From Emiliania huxleyi CCMP1516 (Eukaryota): a stretch of 64,000 bases of DNA. The translations under genes and the position numbers were made by a program. Under the pieces are notes generated by a model. The model was not told where the DNA came from. It saw only the letters and a list, made by a program, of their open reading frames with translations, and made no database searches. The stretch spans positions 1,059,184 through 1,123,183 of the forward strand of contig NW_005201392.1 in assembly GCF_000372725.1 (NCBI RefSeq), read 5' to 3'. This document shows positions 54,780 to 64,000 of the stretch, in pieces (the stretch's first letter is position 1; each line of letters starts with the position of its first letter).

Positions 54780-56631
54780 ATGGCCGACCCGCTCGCCGTC
54801 TACGGCCGACTCTGGGCCCTCTCCAACCTCGCGCTGCACGTCACCTTTCACGGCGGCTCCCTGGCCGGGCTCTTGCAGTCGGGCTGGGCGCAGCGGGCCT
54901 TTACCGTCCTTGCAGCAGCCTCTGCTGTCGCGCCAAGCAACGGACGCCTCCTCGTCGCCGCTCACGCCGCCTCCATCTGGCAGTTCTCGCAGATGCTTCC
55001 CGCCGTCTTCGACGCTGACTGCTGGGCGGTGCACCACGACGCAGCCTTCCTCTTGTCCGCGGCAGCCGTGGCGGTCGGCAGCCCGAGGCTCCTGCTGCAG
55101 GCGTGGACAGGAGAGGAGCGCGCGGCGGTGTTTGCGGGCCTGTCCCAGTGCCTGCGCGTCCAGGCGGCGCTGTGGTACGGAGGTGCCTTCTTCTGGAAGC
55201 TCAACCGCGCCTTCTTTGAGCCGTCCAACTGCCCGGCCCTCTTCTTCCTGCAGCTCGTCGACTACTGGCTGCCCGTGCCGCTGCCCGATTCCGCGCTTAG
55301 CTTCATTGCGAGGTCGGCCCCGCACGTCACCGAGGCGGTCGAGGGCGGGCTCGCCGCAATGATCTGGCTCCCCGGCTTCGAGCGCGCGGCCGTCGTGCTC
55401 GGCGGCCTGAGAGAAGCCCCACACCGGGACCACCGCCACCTTTGTGACGCCTTCCCTCTGTCTAGGCGTCCTCCTGCACTGGCTCATCGGCATCACTCCG
55501 CCCCCACACAACATCGCCTCGTACGGCACGCGCTGCGTCAGCCGCTACGTCGCGCTGCTCCCGCACGAGTCCGTCGCCGTGCACGCGCGTCTTGCCAGCC
55601 TGCTGCGCGGCAGCGCGTCCACCTCCACCGCCGCAGCCGCCGCCGCCGCCGCCGCAGTTTTCGCGGCGCACGTCCACGTCGCCTACCTCTTCGGCAATGG
55701 CTCGGACCACAACTTTGGCTCGGACCACAACTTTGGCGGCGCGACGAGCGCCCTCGCCAAGCTTGCGCCGGAGGCGTCGGGCGGCGCCGACTGGCACTTG
55801 CCGCATCTCGCCGCGCTCTCCCTCTTCTTCAGCGCCGCCGCCGCCCTGCCCGGCATGATCGCCCCTCCGCCGCCTCGCGCCGCCGCCCCTGCCGCGGCGC
55901 CGTGGCTACGCCGGCTGGTCCTCGCCGAGGGCTTTCTCTTCGTGTTTGGGCTCCCCCTCCTCGGGCTCGCCGACGACTTCCCGCCCAAGCCCTTCTCCAA
56001 CCTGCGCGTGCACGGGGGCAGCAACCACCTCGTGGTGCCGACCGACCTGCTAGGCCGCCTACTGCCGACCGTCCCGTCGGACGTCGTCCTCGTCGAGCGG
56101 TGCAGCTCGGCGTGGATCAACGCCCTCCTACCTTGCGAGCTCACCCACCACCTTACGCCCAGCGCGCGCGAGCTCCTCCGGCGCGTGGGCCATTCGGGGC
56201 GTGTGATTGGGCCTGCCTTCGGACGAAACGTCAGCCCGCTGTTGACCATGCGCAACGGCGAGGGAGGCCCTTTTCTGAGGTACACGCTGCCAACCTTCGA
56301 GCTGCGCCGCGTGCTCGCCGAGGCGCGCGCGCGCGGAGAGGCGTTCCGCATCGACTACCGCCGCCTGCCCCGGGGCTACAGCGCGGACGCGGCGGGGCGG
56401 CAGGCCCTCGTCGCCACGCTGCCGCTCACGACGCTCGTCGAGCGAGGCGGAACCTCCCCTCCCAGCTGCACCGTGCGGCGCGGCAACTGGTTCTCGGCCC
56501 GGTGCACGCCCGACGAGCCGGCGCTGCAGCCGCCACCACAGGCGTGGGCGCAGAGGCTGCTCATGTTTTGGCCGAATGTGTGGCTGGACGAGCAGACGGA
56601 CGCGCACAGCGGCTACTGCTTTTACGAGTAG
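54780..56631 (+). CDS. Polytopic membrane protein, HTTM-like
   Basis: LWYGGAFFWKLNRAFFEPSNC and FSNLRVHGGSNHLVVPT motifs; multiple TM segments; one intron near 55408-55465 joins two frames. Confidence 0.6.
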
Positions 56632-56823
56632 AAAAAGGCACAATATGAGGCGCGTACACGCGAGAGGAAAATACTGTGATTCACCACAGACCACACATCC
56701 TCGAGTCTGCCCCAGGAATCCTGCGTGTGGTGGTGTGTGCGTGCACAGTGTGTCTCGATGTTCATCCCAGGCTAATCCTGCGCGCGCCATGAGTTGGTGG
56801 CATCATTTTTGTGGCACGAGTCG

Positions 56824-58739
56824 ATGTCATCGCCGTTGCCCCCGCCGCTTCTCGCCTGGTTCCGCAGGCACCGCGTCAGCTGGGCCGGCCTGCGCTTCGA
56901 AGTCGCCGAGGGCCGCGGCGTCTACGGCGTGGCTGAGGTCGATCTCAACCCGGGCAGCGTGGTCGTCGCCGTGCCAAAGGCGGCGATGCTGACCAGGAAG
57001 AATGTGCGTGACGCCAATGCGCTGCACGCGCTGCTCGCGCTCGGGCTGCCGTCCGTCGAGGTCCTCGGCCTCGCCATCGCCCTCGAGCGCGCTGCAGGCA
57101 AGAGCAGCAAGTGGCACGCGTACCTGCAGAGCCTGCCGCTGCATGAGCCGCTGCCGCTGCTCTGGTCGGCGGCTGAGCTGCGGATGCTCGCCGGCACTGG
57201 GCTGGACGAGACGAGCCAGCGGCGCAAGCGGCGTCTCCTCGAGAACTACCGCAGCGCCGTGGAGGAGTGGGAGGGCGCGGCGCCGCTGCCCTCTTCCGAA
57301 GAGTACCTGCGAGCGTGCACGCTGTCGTCGTCGCGCGCCTTTCTCGTCGATGGGGAGCACGGCGAGGGCCTCGTGCCGCTGGCCGACCTACTCAACCACA
57401 AGGCGGCTCTCGCCGAAGAGCAGGGCGACGAGGGCGACGAGGGCGACGAGGGCGACGAGGGCGACGAGGGCGACGAGGGCGCAGAGCTGCGGTGCGACTG
57501 CACGCTGCGCATTCCGCCCGCCGAGGGCGAGGAGGAGGAGGAGGGCGAGGGCGAGGAGGAGGAGGAGGGCGAGGGCGAGGAGGAGGAGGAGGGCGAGGGC
57601 GAGGAGGAGGAGGAGGGCGAGGGCGAGGGCGAGGGCGAGGGCGAGGGCGAGGGCGAGGGCGAGGGCGAGGGCGAGGAGGCGGCGCTGGTGGGCACGGCGC
57701 GGCCGCTGCGCGCGGGCGAGGAGGTGTGCCACACTTACGGACCGCTGGGCAACTGGGAGCTGCTTGCGGGCTACGGCTTTGCGCTGCAGGCGGTTCTTAG
57801 ACCGTTCCAAGACCATTCCGAGACACCACCTCCTCCCTCGGCCTCGCCGCCTCGCGTCTTCCCGCTGCGGGCGGGCGGGCGGGGGGGGGGGGGGGGGGGC
57901 CATAACTTCGGAGGCCTTTTTTGGCCTCACCGCCCTTCACCGCCCCGCCACCGCCCCGCCACCGCTTTTTTAGGAAAACCCCTTCAAAACGGCCTTTTTT
58001 CCGGGGGGGGCCCTCTTCGGCCCGGCCAAAGGGGCCCTGGGTGCCCAAACCCCGCGGGGAAAGTTTTCCAAATTGCCCCGGGGGGGTTGCTGGCACCCCC
58101 TGCTCGGTTCCCCCTTTGTCTTCAACCCCAAGGGGGTGCCACCGGGGAAACTTGGGTTTTTGTTGGGGTTCCTTTGGGGGAACCCCCTCCCGCCGGGGGC
58201 NNNNNNNNNNNNNNNNNNNNNNNNNNNNNNNNNNNNNNNNNNNNNNNNNNNNNNNNNNNNNNNNNNNNNNNNNNNNNNNNNNNNNNNNNNNNNNNNNNNN
58301 NNNNNNNNNNNNNNNNNNNNNNNNNNNNNNNNNNNNNNNNNNNNNNNNNNNNNNNNNNNNNNNNNNNNNNNNNNNNNNNNNNNNNNNNNNNNNNNNNNNN
58401 NNNNNNNNNNNNNNNNNNNNNNNNNNNNNNNNNNNNNNNNNNNNNNNNNNNNNNNNNNNNNNNNNNNNNNNNNNNNNNNNNNNNNNNNNNNNNNNNNNNN
58501 NNNNNNNNNNNNNNNNNNNNNNNNNNNNNNNNNNNNNNNNNNNNNNNNNNNNNNNNNNNNNNNNNNNNNNNNNNNNNNNNNNNNNNNNNNNNNNNNNNNN
58601 NNNNNNNNNNNNNNNNNNNNNNNNNNNNNNNNGCGACATCTGGGCGGCCGCCCTCGCCGGTGGGCGGCAGCTCGAGGGACGCGAGGCGGCGGCCGCCGTG
58701 GCTGGCGCGCTGGCGCGACGGCGCCGGCTGGAGGCGTAG
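56824..58739 (+). CDS. SET-domain protein lysine methyltransferase (SETD6/Rubisco-LSMT-like), spans gap
   Basis: GRGVY, SSKWHAYLQSLP, PLLWS, SSRAF, LVPLADLLNH, GEEVCHTYG..GNWELLAGYGF; acidic GE/GDE repeat insert; probable last exon after gap. Confidence 0.88.
58201..58632. other. Assembly gap (N), preceded by low-quality-looking sequence ~57890-58200
   Basis: N run; homopolymer-rich stretch before it. Confidence 0.95.
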
Positions 58740-59032
58740 CAAATTCGCGGTGGGCTGTGGCCCTGGCCTGCGTACGCCGGCAGGCGGCACGCGGACTGCC
58801 GGCGACTCTCGTCGCTCCCAGGTAAAGCCGTGTAGCTCCCACGGAGACAATTCGAGACAATGTGTTCGTTTGCTTTCATTAAGCTCTCAATAAAAAGGCT
58901 GGGAGAACTCGCCCCATCGTTTTTGCTATGCGGGACAAAGGGGTGCTGCTTTCACATCACATTCACAGTGTGAAAAAAAATCACATACCTCGAAGCGAGG
59001 TACGTCATAATACGGGTGAGCCCGTGTTCCTG

Positions 59033-62000
59033 TCATAAGAACGCAAAGAGCCCAGCTATGAACTCGCCGGCGACATCCAAAATCTCTCCAACGGCGTCAG
59101 CAATCTCGCCAGCTTCCTCTGCTGCAGCTTCCGCCGCTTCACCGGCTGCTTCTTCACCAGCGGCAGCATCTGCTTCAGCGGCTTCCTCAGCCGCCTTCTC
59201 AGCAGCTTCTTGTGCTTCTGTTGCCTTCGCTGCATCCTCGGCGCTGGCGGCATCGTGGTAGCTCTCCTCTATTTGGTTTGTGACAGCGTCCTCGCCGGGC
59301 ACCACCTCCTGTTCGATTGAATCCACTATTTCATCGGTGGCCTTACCTGCTTGCTCTTGCTCGGCCATGTCGGCTTCCTCATTGTAGTCCACTGTTTTAT
59401 CGGCCTCGGCATCGTTCTCTTCATTAAGTTCCTCCTCCTCCTCCTCCTCGACTTTCTCCTCAACCTTGTCCTTGTCCTCCGGCGAACACTTGCTTCGTCC
59501 GATCAAGTGGTTAATCGTGTCTGTCATCCCTGTCGTGCAGGCCGTGTAGCAGAGGTGCTGGCAGAGCTCCGCCCCAGTGGGGACATCGAGGCCCGCGGAC
59601 GCGAAAATGTTCTCCGTACTGCTACACACGCCCTTGGGTAGCGTGTCTTGCGTTACCTTCATCGCTACGTCGCAGCCCTGCGTACACGCGAAGTTGGTGG
59701 CCGTGCTCACCCCATAGTCGAACAAGTCTGAGGCGGAAGGAACAGAGATCACGCCGTCAGTGGGGAAAGACATCGGGATCCCTACGCACTGTGCTGCAAC
59801 TGCCGAGACCGCCCCGCTCAATTTCTCGCGAAACAAATCCTCGCGCCATTGCGGGGACTGCCACCGTGTGGACTCCAGCGAATCGTCTAGCTCCGCGGCG
59901 CCGTCGGAAGGACAGAACTCGACCAAATACTTTTTGCCCACTTCTCAACGGTGGCGTCAAGTCGTGATGTAACTTTACTCGAGATGACCGACTTCGCGAA
60001 CGCGGTTGTCGCCAGCTTTTGGATATCGGCCCACGTGGCAGCCAAACACTCGTTCCAGGTATCCTTGGATGCAAACTTGGTGATAGCGCGGATAGTGGGA
60101 CAATCAAATTTCCAATTCCCGTCTGAGTCGATGCCATAGTTGCAAAGGGTATTGCACTCCGAACCATAGCACGTGCCAAAAGGCCCTTGTGTGACGTCCT
60201 CCGCTAGCGTCAAGTCAGCTTCTTGTGTAGGCGCTGACACATCGTTGAGGTGGTCAGCGAGTGCCCGGCCAAGCCCTGAAGCGTATATCTGACGCTGCCC
60301 TGGGCTCACCGTCCTGAGGCTGGCGTTACAAAGACGGCCAGCGGCAAACCACACAGCAGTAAGGCTCATGGCAGTAGACGCATCGATGACTTCTTTGGTG
60401 GCAAGGTCTCTTACCACACACCCGAACCACGAGCGTGGCAGACATAGCCTGTGGAGAGCATTGTGACCTGTCCGTTGTACGCAGCACCGTTGGAGAGTGG
60501 GGCGACAAGGCGACGTGCCTGCTCCCGCGGAGGGGTAATCAGCTGTCACGTTGAAGTAGTTCCGCTGCCCCCAGGGACTCTCCACACTGTAGTCAGACGA
60601 CGACGGCACGTAGTCGAAGGACATCCGACAACCGTGTGTCCATACGGGTAGATCATCGAAGTCTGAGGCCAGATGTAAGTGCCATCGGTGAACATTTCGA
60701 TGAGGATCGTACTGACTAATTCGGAAGTGGCAGCATCGAGCATATCGAGTACCAGCCAGTCGAAAATCAAGTATTGATTGATGTGCGTGTGGAGGATTTC
60801 AGTGCCAGGCGCTGGCGCCAGACTAGTCGTCATTTCGTTGCCATCGAGCGAGGTATAGTTTCCGCCAGAAGCGACGACTAAGTCGAACCCAGCGTTGTTC
60901 TCCCATTGTTGCACATATGGCTTGCGGTACATCCCTTTATGCACGGCGGGCTGCCGGACCTGCGCAGGCGGGGGCTCGATGCTNNNNNNNNNNNNNNNNN
61001 NNNNNNNNNNNNNNNNNNNNNNNNNNNNNNNNNNNNNNNNNNNNNNNNNNNNNNNNNNNNNNNNNNNNNNNNNNNNNNNNNNNNNNNNNNNNNNNNNNNN
61101 NNNNNNNNNNNNNNNNNNNNNNNNNNNNNNNNNNNNNNNNNNNNNNNNNNNNNNNNNNNNNNNNNNNNNNNNNNNNNNNNNNNNNNNNNNNNNNNNNNNN
61201 NNNNNNNNNNNNNNNNNNNNNNNNNNNNNNNNNNNNNNNNNNNNNNNNNNNNNNNNNNNNNNNNNNNNNNNNNNNNNNNNNNNNNNNNNNNNNNNNNNNN
61301 GTTGGGTAGTAGGCGTACAAATAGAGATTGTTCGACCCGTCAATGAATGCCCCGTATGTCACGTAGAGCTCGGTGGGGTCCTTCCCGAACCGTTGCTCGA
61401 GATCGGACCACTGCCCAGCTTGAAAGCTGCTGGCGTCATACGCCTCGGGGTTTGGGACCCAGCCGGTGCTCTCGCCGCTCGCCTTCTTTCCGAGCGGAAG
61501 GTTGATCTGAGGCCCGCCGGGCTTCCAGTGCGTCTCCATGATGTCAATCTCTCGGCCGTACTCAGAGTCTGTATCGTGTGGAGCCCCGTCAAGGTAGTAG
61601 TCGGGGCCGACCTTGAGCACTCGGCGCTCGGCGAGGTAAAACGTCTCGACGAAGTAGGCGCCCGTTTTGGCTGACGACCCAATCTTGATGTCGACCTGCC
61701 ACGCGCCGCTGTAAGCAGTGCCAGATGCGTGCATCAGGCTGTTTGACACCCCGGGGGCAGTGCCTCGCCCAAAATGAGGGCGTTGTCCTTATTCATGCTC
61801 TCGCATAGCGCTACCGGCCAAGCACGCGAGCCCGAGCCGGCAACATATCCTATCTGAACCGCAGCCTCGCCGACCAACTCCCAATTGCTCGAACCGTAAT
61901 CGAGGCCCCATGTGCTGTAGCCGTCTGCCGAGCCCGAGTACGCCCAGGTTTGTGGGATGTGCGCGATCTCCCTTTTTGGACACGTAATGACACAATCCAG

Positions 62001-62753
62001 GCGACCCTTTGCATTTTTGCCCTGTGAGGAATCCACAACGAAGTCGAAGTCGTTGCTGAAGTCGTAAAACTTGCCATCCGAGTGGAGGAAGCTAGGCTGC
62101 GCCCAAAGCCCGTAAGTCGTTCCATCCGTGTGAATGCTGAGTAGAACTTTGGCGTAGACTCCACCAGCGCTATCGATGAGGCTTATGTAAAGCTTGTCAA
62201 ACGACACGTACTCATACGTTCTCCCATTGCCAATTGTCACTGGACTCAGCGTTGCACTTGGTAGTGGAGGCGCAACAGGGTTCGGTTTTGGAGAATCTTT
62301 TATCCACTGCCCTGCGCCGTTGGTGATCCGGAAGGAGTACTCGCAGAGATTTGTCCAACTCATTACAAATGCTTCTGTGTAGACTCCAGTATGGACATAA
62401 TTCACGGAATCGTCCACCGGGATCTGCGCGAAGGTCGTGCCGCGCGAGTTTGGCAAAAGGGGTTCCTGCGTACGGACACTATGGTGTAAGCGGCAAGAAG
62501 GGTGTGGTTGGGCGCGCCCTGCGGCGGCTGCGGCCGAGGCAGTGGCAGTGAGGAGCCGCTGTGGCGGCTGTTGCCGAGGCAGTGGTAGTGAGGGGCCGGA
62601 CGACCGCTCCTGGCTATGCAGGTCTGGCTCCGGCTGAAGCTCGTCCTCAACGCCCCGGATTGTCGTGACCTCGTAGTTCATCGGACTGCCAGAGACGACG
62701 TTGTGCACCGCCAGAGCAAGGATCAGCGAGTGCGAAACCGCCGCGTGCTTCAT
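59033..62753 (-). CDS. Large secreted multidomain protein with GH16-like domain, duplicated beta-rich domain, Cys-rich region and acidic tail; several frameshifts (pseudogene or sequence errors)
   Basis: Signal MKHAAVSHSLILALAVHNVVSG; ETFYL…YLDG…GREIDIMETHW (ExDxxE); ORFs 61734-62780, ~61300-61749, 60546-60983, 59887-60624, 59033-59941 abut in different frames. Confidence 0.6.
60984..61300. other. Assembly gap (N)
   Basis: N run. Confidence 1.
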
Positions 62754-63419
62754 GGCGATGTCAGCCTCGACTAGTTGCACCCTCCTGGAGTTTGGGGCGC
62801 CCGCTGTCGCTGTCCGAGCCGCATCTCATTTTTTTCTAGCTGCCTCGTGTGACAATTTTTGTCAGTGACCACATTACATGCACATGTAATCGGAGAGGTA
62901 CTAGTAAAGTGCGTGCGTCTTGTCCAGCGGCAGCCCGTGTTCCCTTGTGGTGGTAGCGAGCAAGAAAATCGAAGGCGCCCACGGCGGAGGAGCCCGCCCA
63001 CCCACCAACCATTCATTGGCATTGATTGCCCGCTGCGCCAACCAACCAAGCTCCAAGGGACCAAGCCAGGCCCTGCAGCAGGCAAAAGCCTGCCTGCGCC
63101 ATGCTCGGAGGATGTTAGCGTGGCTAGAGGTGCGAGCGAGAGGGCGGCCCGAGCCCGAAAGGGCGGTAAGGGCCCGCCCTCGGTCTTGCTCTACATGGTA
63201 ACGGATAAGAGGAGAAACACCACGAGATATGGACCGGGACACGCTGTGGTTCAGACACGGTTAGCTGCCGAGCCGCCGCGTGGCGCGTGCCGCCCCGCCA
63301 GGCCGCAACAGTTGACCTTGTGTCTGACTTCTCTCTGGGCTCTGGGCCAAACGAGAGATAGAGGCAGCGGCGGGGGAAGGAAGTGGGAACGGAGGCGTGC
63401 GGGGAGCGAGCAGGGGCTG

Positions 63420-64000
63420 GCAAGGGAGGAGGAGGGGTCGCCTGCCCGCGCACGAGCACATCTTGACATGAGCTAGTTCATTCTAGGTCATTCTTTCTCT
63501 AGTCCACGGGAGGAGGAGGGGCTCGCCTGTCCGCGCACGAGCATCTTTGCGCACCCAAAGTCAATCAGCTTGAGCCGCCGCCGCGCCGGGTCGACCAGGA
63601 AGTTGTCGGGCTGCGCGCGGGGGTGGGGCGGGGTGCTGGGGGGCTGGGACGGAGGGAGGGGAGGGGAGGGGAGGGGAGGGGAGGGGAGGGGAGGGGAGGG
63701 GAGGGGAAAGGGAGGAGAGAGGGGGAGGGAAAGGGGAAGGCAGGAGAGGGGCAAGGAGAGGCAGAGAGGGCGCTGTCACCTTGAGGTCGCGGTGACAGAT
63801 CCGCAGGCCTAAGAGGGGAGGGGGGGGGGAGGGGGGGAGAGGGGGTTGAGGTGTAGAGAGTCCAAACTCGTGCCGCGCGTTCGAGAAGGCCGCGCAGGAG
63901 GGGCGCGGCTCACGGGTGGAGAGCGTGCGAGAGAGGTGCGGCGGAGATCGGGAGGCGGGCGGTGGAGGAGACGACTGCCCGCACGCGTTGGCGCATCTAG
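63420..64000 (-). pseudogene. GSK3/shaggy-like kinase fragment (subdomains VIb-VII); downstream exons not found
   Basis: ICHRDLK | PDNFLVDPARRRLKLIDFGCAKMLVRGQ; exon end duplicated at ~63425-63465; no PNVSYICSRYYRAPE-like exon recognised downstream. Confidence 0.65.

Noticed and set aside
57890..58200. ORF extension of the SET protein with odd composition
   Set aside because: Homopolymer-rich sequence adjacent to the N-gap looks like low-quality read end within an intron

Overview
Very GC-rich, intron-containing eukaryotic DNA with three N-gaps. Many GC-AG splice donors, short 'GAGATCTCG'-type intronic repeats and the gene content suggest a haptophyte alga such as Emiliania huxleyi (inference, not searched). 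About 25 genes or gene fragments are recognisable. They include a VTT/TVP38 membrane protein (duplicated), an ShK-domain protein, an F-box-like protein, a type-II peroxiredoxin, a TauE/SafE exporter, a RING-HC protein, a TPR protein, an RNR small subunit missing its core, a sulfotransferase-like protein, a Hint/Hog protein, an HTTM-like protein, a SETD6/LSMT-like protein, a GH16-like multidomain protein and a GSK3-like kinase fragment. Highlights: (1) a ~5.5 kb split-direct-repeat (PAT/Ngaro/DIRS-like) retroelement at 37157-42693. It carries a gag-like ORF, then after a single in-frame TGA a C5 DNA-methyltransferase + DUF4326 ORF; it lacks RT/RNaseH/recombinase and is flanked by an exact 51-bp direct duplication. 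(2) A spliced gene at 6463-10838 that I reconstruct as a C-type lectin / ~7-TM / TIR-like receptor with an intact WCxxE motif. (3) A near-identical inverted pair of intronless secreted four-repeat protein genes 13 kb apart. (4) Introns whose start duplicates the start of the next exon. (5) A hAT-like MITE with an 8-bp TSD, plus several small dispersed repeat modules.
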